DNA of 62,197 nt from Phoronis australis. Its lineage: Eukaryota; Animalia; Phoronida. This document shows, piece after piece, positions 14,190-27,010 of the stretch. Where the stretch lies: NCBI GenBank assembly GCA_002633005.1, contig NMRA01000062.1, forward strand, positions 209,638 to 271,834, in the 5' to 3' direction. Each line of letters opens with the position of its first letter. The stretch's first letter is position 1. The notes under the pieces were generated by a model, which ran no database searches, was not told the origin of the DNA, and saw only the letters and a list, made by a program, of their open reading frames with translations. A program made the translations under genes and the position numbers.

Positions 14190-14406
14190 TTACTAATGCG
14201 CCCAGTTCAGCAGTTATGTTTTTCGCAAGGTTGGCGCCAAAGTATAGTGTTATAAACTGTATTATTATAAACAATTGACGATTGAATTCAATTTGGAAAG
14301 TACCTAAGTGTAAATGTAACCCGTGCACACATTATGGCCATGACACATTTTCGCTGTTCAAGTCACAAATTTTTAATTGAAGTAGACGGACATTTAAATA
14401 TTGACC

Positions 14407-17400
14407 TCATTTCACATCTGCCATGTCTTTCATCTCCGAAGGGGTGACTTTGTTGCGCCATACCATGTGATCTACTAATGCCAAAATAAGGCAAATTGAC
14501 ACAACCACGCCACAGAAGCCGCCAGTTACGACCCAGAAGTTAACATCATCACCGTTGAGAAGAAAGCTCCACGCCATTGTTGCCGCGTTGACGTCTTTCC
14601 TGGCACAAATGTCCACTAGTTGCCGAAGTCTCTCGTACGTTTCCGGAGAAATTCGGATGGCTTCCTCCAAGAAACAAGCTTGGATATTTTGATCTACGCC
14701 CTGCCAAGAAAAATAATAAACCAGCGCAAACTGTCATAGTTTGATAAGATACTCAAAAAAAACAGTGTTTACAAGTTAACTGCAAATATGTTGTGACAAC
14801 ATTATTTCAAATAATTGGAATTTTTACAGAATGAACGAATGTTTTGCAAAACTTTCACTATCTTCTAAAAGCGGGGCGGAACAACTGATACAGGAATACC
14901 ACAAACTTTGACGATCATCAGGTAAAGAACTCGTGGTCTTCAAACACCGTATCATCTTTCGGTTTCCAGAACGTCTTTTGGTGCTCTATACTAGTAATGC
15001 AAACAATACTAAATGACTGAACCGCTAAATCCAGTAGCAGGACCGAAAACCCAAAACATGACTGTTAAATCCAAAATCCGGACCAACAAATTCTATGTCT
15101 TCTGTCTGCACAAGCAAATCCTATGGCCGCACCATGCGAACCCGATCGAATAGCCTGGATTACGATCTGTCGGCCGGCTGGCGCACCTGTGAGATGCCAC
15201 CATTGGAATACACCATAGCGAAAGTGCATAATTGTTTCCACAATTGTTTTCCAAGTTTTAAGTAATCGCCAAAAGTCCACCGTATCACCTTCAGCACTGA
15301 ACGTAACTTACGGTGACTAGGCAGTCAAATGCCAAAAGGTGGTTGGCTGCGCCCCACTACAGCACTGCTTGAATAAGTACAAAAATAAAAGCATAAGATA
15401 TGGAAGAAAACAAACAAACCTTTACTAGAATTCCGTGATTCACTGGAACATTCGACTTCCAAGCTACATCGTAATCCTCCGTTATAAATCTCCTATTCAC
15501 CTCTTCGCCATCATTCTTCGTGCTGGTTTGGAAGGCTGCAGCGTATTGGTCCAGTAGAATACCGTCTATAGATTCGTTGTTCAGAGCATTCGTCAAACAA
15601 GCCCTCGTGTCGCACACTGGGAGGAAACGGACAACAAGGTTTAAAAAGATAGGAAGCTTGTTGAACACACGAGCACAAGCATGGCACACACGAACACACT
15701 CACAAATGGTATATGACGTAGACCGGAGGGGTCATTAAGGTTTTCCAAACTACCATAAACTCGCGGGTTAACGTCCACGACCGGGTAATCGCCCACCCCC
15801 NAAAGGATACAATAAACATATATATACGAACTCTAATGCAATATCATAAGTCCAATTTGCGCTTTCTGGGCTTACTTCTTATTATACATTGTATGTTGTG
15901 TAATAAACATTAAAAAAGTTTAGAACTACAGATCCAGCCTCTGACATTCCCAGACATCCGGGACATCTTCTAATCACAATTGGCTACATATGACAACTTT
16001 TATGACAACTGTGACGCACAACAAATGATGATATCGATGATCATTAACGCGCTGTAGCTTATTTCTAAAACATGTCTGCGGTTACCCTTTAATCCCTCCC
16101 ATGTGGTCACTTTGAACGTTACCCACACTGCCAAACTAGTAGGACTCCTCAAGTCTGTTTTATCGAAAGTCGTACTTGGAATGCTACGGCTAAAACTGTA
16201 GCCAGTCACGTTCAAACACGCGCATTTTATGAGCGCAAAAACGTTGCAACTTGCGTTAAGTTGATAATTTTTTTCATATTCAAACCGCCCTCACGAGCCA
16301 CGTAAATAAACGGTGTGTAAATTAAAATCGAAGTTATCACCGTCTTAGCCAAGTTCCTTACTCAGATCATAGATTATAGACCTTGACAACTTGTTCTCAA
16401 GCAATAACAAACTGGCAGTTTTTTCGAATCCTGGAAATCCAATTTTACTAATGAGTAATTTGATAATACTTTCAAACGATAGTTGCGTAAATCAAAATTT
16501 TGCGTTTGTAATGGAAGGCGGGCTTAGAGCGGTTTTAAAATAACACTCAGTGATTTGCCCGGGTAGAGTTCAGTCACAATAGGACCTCGCTAAATTACGT
16601 GAGATAGTGCCGTGTATTTTAAAGATGTATTTGCATGCTCCTAACTATGCGAATGTACAACAAGAACTAAAACGCAATGGTATTTGAACATCATCTACGG
16701 TAAACAAAGCGCAGTGATATTCATTGACAACTTGTAAATGTGAAAACAAAAAATTCTGCAAATAGGTGACCTTTGCACTAATGACGTACTTTGGGGACTC
16801 ACATAGCCCGCATCATGCATTGCTATTCCTCAACACCACGTCACGATACTTACTGGACAAGGTTGAGTGATTTACAGCGGATCATTTTCTACGCAAAACT
16901 CGTTCTTAAAAACATTTAGCAAATTGTCAACGTACTTCATATTTACATCGTCGCTGTATGTTGTGTTTCTAGCGAAAATCCTAGCATTACTGAAGTCTAC
17001 CCAGGTGTCTCTTTGTTGAACGAATGTCGGAGCAAACTGGGAGGTGTTTTATCTCAAACGACAATCCGCCTGATACTTTTGAGATCGAAAAGTGTCGTGC
17101 CTGAGCACCTGTTTTCAATATTCTTATGCGACAGTATGTATATGTATATACGAAAATCGTATACAACAATCGAAATGCGTAAAAGCCTGCGCAGTATACC
17201 TATTTACACAGGAAGTTCTGTACTTACAAGTAATTGTTGCACCGTTTCCCAGTGCAGTCACGTAGTCGTATGTTCCAGCTATCACAGCGACCTAGGGATG
17301 AGATTTCAGCAAACTATAATTGCCGAGACAAGAACTTAGTAGCGAAGGTTAGTTAACCAAAGCTAGTTCAATGATTGACAGCGTTCACTATAATGAGCCT

Positions 17401-20400
17401 TACTTTCTGAAGGAATATTATTGGTGTTACGACTGAAAAATCTATTTTGGGGATTCTCAACGGATGGGATAGACTTCTTGAAGTTATTGGCTTTGACCAG
17501 AGCTATAAACCAATAAAATGTGCCTGTTTTTATTTTTGATTGTATTACAAATCTCCAATTCTCGGCGGTTGTCCGAGTCAGACATTCGCTAAAATCAAGG
17601 AGGGAGGGTTGTAAGGAGGGAGGGCGGCTCATTGAGCTAGGGAGTCCCACATCCCTCTCTCCCCTTCTTTCTGTCACTCACTCTGCCTCTAACTGTCCCC
17701 GCGAATCACCGTGAGTAGACAATTATTCATTCGACCTCAACCATTTACTGTTTAAAATGGTAGAAAATTTTCAACAGTTCTACTAGACGGCCCAATCCAA
17801 ATTTCCAACGCAGTTCAAGGCCTGTTGTGTCCTACCTTCTTAAATGTTATGCTATCCACGTGGTGTTTAGTCGAGGTCAGTGCTGCGGTGACCACGCTCA
17901 TAAATGTCCCCATCAGGCAGATTCCGAACAGGATCCACAAGATTCCGAACACCCGACCGAAGAACGAGGTGGGGGTCTTGTCACCGTACCTGGGTAAGCA
18001 ACACGAACGAAAGTCACGGAACCTGTCACAGGCCCAGCTTTCACTATTAAAAACGTCTATTTTTCATTTGAGCCAATAACTTATATAAAATTGGTCTCAA
18101 ATTGTTCTTTACTCTGGCCAGAAATGATTTTTTTGCTTGAAATAAGCTGAGTGGTCGTTGTTGCTTGAGGTCATGCTGAGCACATAAAATGACTCGCCGT
18201 GTCACGCCAATTTATTGAGCTGACGCAATAACGAAGGGTCACATGAACTCTACACAAGACCAGAAAACACGTAAAGTCCCAGGAAGGAGCAATTTTATGA
18301 CGGTAAGTGGTCCAAGTCAAAAATTATTTTTGACAGAAGGCGGGGCTTGTACCAGTTTTTGCCATACATTAGCATATCCAGGTGGTGTTCGGCAATAGCA
18401 AAGCGAATAAAATCCACCAGCTCAAGAGTTTATTTCAACAACTGGAAAAACATGGAGTTTTAACTTCATAAATTTCAAATGACTTGAATAATGATGCATA
18501 GTGCAAAATTTTATAAAATGAGGCTCACGTGAAATAGGAGTGTTTTTTATTTGTTTTTTTTTTTGCTTTTCCCGGGCGCAATAAGACCCCGCCTCTCTCA
18601 TTACATTACACGTTTGAAGCAGCATGTCTCCGTTTCTCTCATATCATATTATATCATATTACACAATTCAAGCACTAATACTACACCTCGCTCTTCGTAT
18701 TACACAATTCAAGCAATAAGACCCCGCATCTCTCATAGTATTACACAATTCAAGCTATCCTTTGTTTTTCGGTGGCTCGTCACAAAATAGCCTCCGAAGT
18801 AAATTCCTTAGACGCTTGGAAGAAATGTTATTAACATAATTAACACAGTTGCAATTTACAAATTAGCGGACACAAAGGAACTTGTATTTTCAGCCTTTAG
18901 TTTCGAGTTTTCATTTCCAATCAAAGCAAAAATCTGTTACACTGTTGTATTTTTATCACCCTTCGCTGTGAAAAGGATGTCTTCTTACCCAACAGTGGTC
19001 ATGGTAACGAACGCCCACCAGACGCCCTCGAAAAACCCGGTTTGAAAAGATCTTGAAAAATGCACGCTATTCACATTACGATCCTGCAAAAAGTCACAAC
19101 AAACCAATTCTTACTTAACAACGCCAGGCTTCAAAGAAAAATGAAGACGTAACAAAATATTTTTTTCTAAGCACGTTAGACTGCAAAATAATAACAGAAC
19201 AATTCTTAGAGAATGCGTCAGATTTCAAGTTGAGTCAAATACGTTTGGCCGTAAAACAAAGGCATAATAAAACAGTGCTTACTGACCACGCCAGGCCGAA
19301 AAATAAAGCCACATAACAAACTAATTCTTAATAAAATATAACTACTCTCGCAAATAAGCTTTTTTGTGTGAAAAGCGTTTGGTGTATAAAAATAGCGAAA
19401 TTTATTTTCTCGGAAACATAGTCACAAATAATCATCGTTAATTTTAGAACTGTGTGTATCCGAAAAACAAAGAACGAATAACTAGGGAATGTATCAGGAT
19501 TTATAGAATATTGGAGTCTAGTGTACATCTTTTCAAAACATGTTGGCAAAATAAAACAATTAAAATATTGCGAAAACGTTACATCATGAATTTGTAAAAG
19601 TCATGAAATTTATAGACAAACCATTCTTAAACATTTCTATGCGAATGACTTCTGTTTTCTTTCATTCTAAACGCTGAAATTGGTTTTGAACCAATTATGA
19701 TTCATTTATTACAAATTCAAGTTTCACAAAGCTGCAACCCACAGCTTTTCAAAAAAGATCATAGAGTCGATCCTCTTAACACAAAATGTCTTGAAGTTGC
19801 TTTAAACTTACGTTAGTCAAAGAAATGGACTTCCGGTTTAGACCGCTTGCAGTTAAATTCTTCATTTAGACGAAGAATAGTATCTGGGCTTTGAAACAAT
19901 TGTCATAGTTATATATTGCTTGTGATCATGCTTGGCACATAGAATAACCCGCCGTGGGCAAGCCAATGTGTTGACCCTGACCAGGTCTTAAGTCCAGGAC
20001 TGAGTCACAGTCCGAGGGTCTCAATTCGGGAGCCTCGACCCGAGGGTGCTAACCCGGGGATCACAAGCAATAATGAACTAAGTTTTGTCTACCAGTTATT
20101 TCGAGACCCAGAAATCAACGAGTTGAAACTACTGTGTTGACCGCAAGCAGTCTAAATCAAAAGCATTTTATGGAAGGCGGGTTTAGTACAGATGTACTCA
20201 CCAGGGCCCAAATAACAACACCAGCTAGGACACTGGCAGACATGATGATAACTAGCAGAGGCCACGCTCCCCACAGCACTCCCAAAATTTTCGATCCTCT
20301 CGCTCGTTTTATCACGTAGAAGGAACCTTAAAATATCCACCTCGTTCGAGTTTCATTGAAAAAATCATTTTGGTTAGTGAGAACTGCAAGAGAGAAAAAT

Positions 20401-22454
20401 TCTGTTGCAGTACCCACTAAACAACCAAACGTAGGAAGAAAGTTCCACAGACCGTTTTTTTGCGAAAAGAGGAAGATCTCGCAAGACATCGGAAAATCAC
20501 GCGAGTGAAAAGCAAGTGTTTTGCCAGTATGCTCTTCAGCTTAAAAGCCTAGACTAGCTCCTAGCAGAGACCACAAGGCTCCAATCTATTCTGACTTCCT
20601 TCCATGCATACCAAGCAAACTTTTTCTTCCTATCTACTATTTTACTCTGAAATCGACTCCCACAGGACGCCATCTCACCAGAAACAATAGAGATGTTCAC
20701 GAGTCCCATCTCGAACACCAACCTTATTCGGTAAAGAATACAACTTGTTTTATCCTGGCACTTTTTTCATGCGCGCACCCAGGGTGTCTCGGGGGGCTCG
20801 AACGAGCCCCCATTTGGCGAAGTGAGCAAAAAGGACCGCCTCAGAGAGACAAAAAGTCCGAAAAAATGAGGCATAAGTCCATTAAACATGCGCAAACGCG
20901 CAATCCACAGTGGTGCTCCCGTTTTTTTTTAGTCCTCCCGCTTTTTTGTTACCAAAAGGTCCACAAAGTCAGGAATTCGAGTCCCCCATATTGAAGGCTG
21001 GGTACACGCATGTTTTTGTTGTTATTTTCACAGTTATGCACAGTTCAGTTTACAATTAACATGCGCCAACATATAAGGATCGGTATTTCGATCGTTTGAT
21101 GAAAATGGAAGAAGAAGAGAATATTTGGAAAGTGAGCTTATAAAGGAGGTGCCGTGACAAGGCGGACATCAACGTGGCAATAAAACCACGAAATAATTAT
21201 CGTGCATAGGGGAACAATCTGTGCCCCGTGTTGGGAGGGCCAGCATTCATTGCTAAGTTTCTCGACGTCATTTTAAGGACGTGATTTGGCTTGGTCTTGC
21301 ACGATCTCTCTTTTCGCACAAGAAATCCGGTCTACAAAACGCTCCCCTGGCTTAACTGGCGAAGTAAACCAAGTGCAACTAAAACAAGTTTTAGAGCTTT
21401 TAACATCAGAGAAAAATCCAAGGTTACATCTCCAGTGTTGGCCTAACCGCCCAGATTGGACATATAGCCAAAAACGACATATAGCCAAAAACACTGGATT
21501 TAGAAACAGACGATTAATTGCAACTGAATTACGTCTCAAAGTGTTGGTCTGTGCCTTTCACAAATAAAAAATCTTTGCTGATAAGAATTTACGAATCTTT
21601 AGGGCTGAGAACTGAATTAAATAGGTTGGAATTCAAATTGAATAATGGTATCATTTGCTGCGCAAAAGCAATATTGACTGTAAGTCCATGAACGAACTTT
21701 GTATCGAACGTGCTACACCGTAGCGCTAAAATCTTACGTATGTTACGTACTTGTTACATTTTTGATCGAAGTTGACAATAAATAATTGCGGTTTAACTTT
21801 TGCTGGCTTTCTCTTTTGTCGAAATAATCTCAGATTTGCTGGAAAATTTCCTTAGGTTCGTCACTCACCTGACTCACGTACATTAACGAGATTTACGAAA
21901 TCTTGCTATTAAGTTTGTGACATATTCCTCCATTTGAACAATCAATGTTTTGACTCGTTTCATCAGTGCTACGGTTTGCTCTGCCTTTTGTTATGAAAAT
22001 TGCTATGGTAAGCGCAAAAATGATTAACATGTATGGTTTATGCACTTTTCTTAAAAGATAATTTCCTTGTAAAATCATTCTATTACCTACCGGGAGAGAG
22101 AGGACCTGGAACAAACGCATGGCTCGGGACGGGTCCTCTAAACTGATGATCGTGGACACTAAGACTATAGGGAAACATAAACGTGTCATTACTTGTACTC
22201 CGAGTCATGTCGAACATATTTTTCCATCGCTTGCGAAATCTCACGTGCGTCCTGTTCTTGCAGCACGTTGCCACTATATCTAGCACGAAGTTGTGGAGAA
22301 CGCTGTTGCAGTGGTTACTAACGGCGTACGGTGGAAACTCCCACCATGATGCTGTGTACTCCTCCGCGCAGTTGAGGGGTAGTTGACGATAGTTATGACC
22401 CAGCTCTTGGCCAGTCGACAGCCCGAAGAGTAAGGCAAGCACGGCAACGTACAT
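14407..22454 (-). CDS. Paralogue A: GluR0-like ligand-gated K+ channel (SP-S1-M1-P[TTVGYGD]-M2-S2-TM), ~430 aa, 7 exons
   Basis: Exons are 22454-22091, 20326-20202, 19083-18989, 17989-17836, 17291-17228, 15616-15420 and 14700-14407, all GT-AG, and they join into one open frame. Motifs: signal peptide, WWEFPPY, M1 WPLLVIIMSASVLAGVVIWAL, pore EGVWWAFVTMTTVG|YGDKTP, M2 GILWILFGICLM, KKVAVIAGT, DGILLDQY, NHGILVK and a C-terminal TM. Confidence 0.88.
15285..15368. repeat. Dispersed repeat, homologous to ~35545-35642
   Basis: tatcacctt.agcactgaacgtaac...caaatgccaaaaggtggttggctgcgcc...ctacagcactgc occurs at both sites. Confidence 0.65.
20768..21012. mobile_element. MITE family 1, copy 2
   Basis: TIR CATGCGCGCACCCAG / CTGGGTACACGCATG, with ttttt on both flanks. 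Confidence 0.75.
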
Positions 22455-23276
22455 TTGCTATTTTGCTTCCAAGCGTTATAGTTTACTTCTCTACAGCTGT
22501 AAATCCCAACCACGTTACACGACGATCCGATTTCTATCTGCTGTTCGTCGCCGTTCACGAGATTCCTACTGCTGCGATTTTCAGTTGTTTATAACAAGTG
22601 CTTGGTATGAAAGACGTTTACATACCTTTGATAATGGAACACACTCCGCTTTTCTAGCTTATAAAAGTAAAGTTTCCCGCTGATCAATGTGTGATACCTA
22701 ATCCAATCCCCATACCGCAAGCAAACGCGACGCACTTTTTCGTGTCATCAATTAATTGTGCACGTTCTATGCGCTAATTACCGGCTGTTTATTTTATTCG
22801 ATACTAAAACTTTTCTTAATTGGCCTCAGTAGAATTTTTACACGTTTCTTCATTTGATGCATTTTACACCGCCATTTTGGTTGATGTGAATTCATATCAC
22901 GCTGATGATCATCATTCTGAAACAAAACTACTTTGTATTATTTATCGTTATACAATAAGTTATCATCATAAATTATCTCGACTGATGATAAGTCTTGCAT
23001 GAAATATAATGCCAACCGTTCAGTTAAATATGAATTCTTATGAATAACTTATATCATATAATCATTTATATGAATAGGAATAATCAATATGAATTGATAT
23101 TAGAAAGATTGTAGTGAATTACGTTCGGCCAAAATTACCTGTTTACCAGTATGATTCTTTTGTTAATGAATCTTCCAGCAGCGCAAATGGGAATGTAAAC
23201 TGTAGGTGAATGTTTATAACAAAATGTGAGAGAAGCCAAAGAACTGGAGTTGGCTTCATAATACTGACTGCTTTAA

Positions 23277-23600
23277 AAGATACTGAATCCCCGTTCTGTC
23301 ACCTGCTACTGCATCATTGCCGTCAATATTCCAGGAATGAACTAAAAAACCATACTCCCTACGTCACAGATTGAACATTATGATCCTTGGTCAGTGGTCT
23401 TTTCTCACAGTTGCCGTGTAATTTGCTAAAAGCGTAGGTCACGCGTGCCCGTTTAGCAGACTTAGAAAGGAGTTTTAAAATTTTCCTGCACACTTTCGAG
23501 GGTTGTCGAGTGTTACGTAGCATTATTTTGTTTCATAGAACTGGATGGGAAAGTCGTTTTCAGAATCTTTTAATTGGCCAAAACCGGGTTTGGTATCCTT
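23277..23600. mobile_element. Non-autonomous DNA transposon, Kolobok-like, copy 2
   Basis: Termini are TTAA-AAGATAC...GGTATCCTT-TTAA. Homologous to 10604-10950. Confidence 0.6.
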
Positions 23601-25897
23601 TTAAAAAACGCGATGAGCTCATGTTTTAACAGTGGGAACCGGACAAGAAGTGTATAACTACGGTAGCTCAAGGATGACATCGTGCGTTTCTTTTTTAATT
23701 ATCTCAAGATCTCGATTAAGTCGGAATCTCGAGATCCCGAGATAATTATGTCGGGATCTCGATATCCTGAGATAAGTAAAATAGAAACGGGCGATGTAAT
23801 CTTCGGGTCATCGTTGCCCTAATTCGAGGTAAATCAAGTTTTTGTTTTGCATGACATGCGCACATTTCTCGTCAGCGCCAAAACACGTCCATCGCAAGTT
23901 GATTAGTGTTTGATGGAAAATATCTTTCAACAAATAAATGCAAAGTTCAGCTTTCCCAGTTAACCATGTTTATTATATTCCCAACGTGACAACAAGTTAT
24001 GTCACTAAAAGCTTTATTAGTCTACAGGGACCAGTTGCACAAAGTTATTCGCCGTATAGCAACAATGACGTCGCATTATCACGCGCCACGTTGTTATTGT
24101 TGAACAATGCACCTGACGTCATGCAACAATCAAACTTATCCAGCGGATAACTTTTGAAGCTTTATGCAACTCAGCACTAATAGGAAAAAGTAACCATCAT
24201 TTTCCTAGGTCTAGAATGTTAAGTCCATGTCACACCAGACTCTTAGAACATCCGACTTCGTCTTAGCCTCTTGATGGCCGGTACCATGGCCGAACTGTCA
24301 ACTTTGGCTAAAAAATGCCTCGTGTGTTGCACTGTTCACGTGAGTCTTACTCAGATTGTACAACACTTGGTCGGTTTCCCATTGGCTTTTCCGGCGCTTT
24401 TGAGATCAAACTGAAAATTTATTTATGGCACAAGGCATTAGTGACTACCGCAGAGAATATGAAGGAGTCTGCGTTGAAATGTAGATGTCCAATAGGACCA
24501 GCTTCTCAAACACCTGGGCCTAGAAAAATTTGTAAATATGAGACACTATTCGTAAAACCATTCACTCTAATACCATTGTACAGGGTGTTTCAAAGTGGTG
24601 GTACACATTTTAAATAAAATAACCTGAAAAGAAATGATGTGTGTAAACGCTTCTTGCAGGCAGCAAAACCAAAGCGAGATGATTTCATTTAACAGGGATT
24701 TAAAATGATAAATACAGCAAATTAGTCCTCAAGCGCTGGAACCATCCATTTGAAGAACGCAATTTTCTTGCCAACCGCTACGTAAGTAAAAACTTCCACA
24801 CTTTGGATGTGCGCTAGCTGCGTTTAGTTGCATCATCTGTTTTTCGATCTGTTTTCATTTAAAACGTGTTCTATCATTTTGAGACCCCGTAGAAGTCGAG
24901 AAACAGCAATGATGCTATGTTACGAGTAATCTCTCGCATACACGTTAGCATATTGAAAGGGACCGAAATAAAACAACCTAAACTATGATAGTGATTGTTA
25001 AAATACAGTGTTGGAACTTGTCTAATCTTACGAGGCATTAAACATCGGTCCGCAGTCAAGTTTTTCCTACTTATAAAATAACTTGGGGACACTACCGCCA
25101 CAAAAATGGTTACTTTGTTACTACTATCGGAAATGAAAAATAACAGTTTGCTTGCACCAATTATGGCTAGACCCCGTATTATGAAAATAACCACGTACAC
25201 ACGTTGAATAAAAAGTCTTTAAAAGATACTCGTTCCTTTACATTCAACAATTCAGAACACGTGACGAGTTTCGTCAGTCGAAAGGTGTCATTAAAAATAA
25301 AAAATATCGTAAAATTCAGCCCAGTCTGTGTATACCCTTTCACTATTAATTTTTAAAAGCCTTTCTAAAATGGGCTGGGTTTCCGCGGAAACCTCATAAT
25401 ACATAAAGCGGCAGTTTAGTGAGTACCCATAATGCATTTGTCAGCTGTAATTCACCGTTTCAGGTTGTGGTGCACCACTAAAAATAAAAATTAAACTTAA
25501 TAAATCAAGTTTGAAAATATTTGTAATTGTGTTGAATGGTCATTATTTGGGCTTAAGTTTCGACTGAACTAACTTGGGTTAAAATCTGTTTTATAAAGTT
25601 TTAAACTGAAGTGGTGCGAAAAGACCATCTTGAAAATGTCTGGTGTCCCATTGCAAACCCGGATGCTGGAGGGAAATTTTGTAGAGATGGAAAGCTGCTG
25701 AGAATAGGTCTTGCATGTGGAGTGAAATCATCAGCACTCTAATCAAAGTCTCAGTCGAGAGGCATGGACTTCCAGCAGTAGATTTGTTTATCACATACGC
25801 AGTGACACTGTGCTTCGCGCTGCCCGTCCAGACATAGTCTGCTTAAAAACCTTTATTGTTTTAAGTTCTTTTCCTACATTTACTTTTCTCACGTACA

Positions 25898-25963
25898 TGT
25901 CGTGCATTGTCACTAAGTGTTCGCTTGTATTACAAGTGACTTTGCGTTCCATGTACTGGCGGC
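25898..25963. repeat. 66-bp direct repeat, copy 1 (left flank of CLASP-containing insertion)
   Basis: tgtcgtgcattgtcactaagtg...catgtactggcggc is identical to 27011-27076. Confidence 0.9.
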
Positions 25964-26027
25964 ATAGTGTGTCCTAAACTGCTGCTTTTCCAACTTATTG
26001 ATTTGTTTCCCGTTTGGGTGGTTGTAG

Positions 26028-26277
26028 ACAAACTGGTCGGGATGAGACAGAAAACATGAACCCTGAGGACATCTACGACTCGATACGCAAAGCCTCCGCG
26101 GATATCCAGAACTTGAGCTTCAACAGTAAATATGACCACCCACCGGAGGAGGGTAAGAAAGAGAGAGACAGCACGTCTCAGGACAGCGGGATACAGAGCT
26201 CCCTGCCAGACGTCAGGGTGGACAGTCCAGACGGCAGAGTGAAGCAGACGTACAACCCATCACAGTACCAGGATGAG
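26028..26277 (+). pseudogene. CLASP1: Orphan internal exon of a CLASP (CLIP-associating protein) gene
   Basis: Translation DETENMNPEDIYDSIRKASADIQNLSFNS resembles the CLASP motif DTENMNSEDIYSSLRGVTEAIQNFSFRS (recalled). The ttgtag acceptor and gtgggt donor are retained. No other CLASP exons were found in the window. Confidence 0.7.
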
Positions 26278-26639
26278 GTGGGTGTGGCAGACAGGCCGGC
26301 AGGGGATTGGATGATGTTCGCATAATTTGTAAGAGCTGGAATTTTGATATAATCATGAAAAGTTGGAAGGTGATTGGCTATTCGAATCATTTAGAAGAGT
26401 TATTTTTAAGATGAAAAACTGGATGGGTGGCTGATTGGTTACATTATTTGGAAGATCTAGGAACACATTTACACTTTTGTGGCAGATTGCCAACTTTATC
26501 GTGCACATTTCAAAGTAATGTCTAAATTGTCTTGGGATACTTAAGCTGGAAGTTAACATTAACAAGTTGAGAAAACTGCACTCTTGCTTTGACTGAACAA
26601 AAAAGGGTTCGGACCATCTTCTACATGTTGTAAAATAGT

Positions 26640-26880
26640 GCCATTAGTGCAGGTGGTCTGATACGCGTCGCATCAGACGTGTGCAGGCCGCTCAGCCGAG
26701 CCCATTGCACCAAACACCTGAAACTTATTGATGTACACATAACACATATAGACAATACACAAATTAAGAGTTGAGGAGCTAGAGACCCGACTCAGGGGTC
26801 TAGCAGTGAGCTGAAGAGGGATTCAAACCTACGACCTTGTGAACATGAGCCAGACACTCAACCCACTAGGCCACACTGCC
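26640..26880 (-). mobile_element. tRNA-derived SINE
   Basis: The minus-strand head GGCAGTGTGGCCTAGTGG...GGTTTGAATCC has Pol III A and B boxes, but its cloverleaf stems do not pair. The downstream part recurs at 9339-9414. Confidence 0.6.
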
Positions 26881-27010
26881 TCTTCTTGCTTTAATTGAAC
26901 TGGGTTTGTTGTTGTTATTATTGTTATTATTATTTGACATGAAGTGTTGATGATGGGTATGATGTGATAACTGCTTCAAAATGAGGTCAAATGTACTTTC
27001 GTATGAACTG

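Noticed and set aside
16000-16290. Minus-strand ORF in intron 5 of paralogue A
   Set aside because: It has no good acceptor, no counterpart in B or C, and is not needed for the reading frame.
25424-25850. Second ZNF143-like motif (tacccataatgca) followed by a stretch with complementary ends (atgtctgg...ccagacat), considered as an snRNA/7SK/MRP/telomerase-type gene
   Set aside because: I could not recognise any conserved boxes of those RNAs. An Rfam search would be needed.
26805-26880. Possible tRNA-Met gene (CAT loop, A and B boxes)
   Set aside because: Acceptor, anticodon and T stems do not pair properly, so it is better explained as a SINE head.
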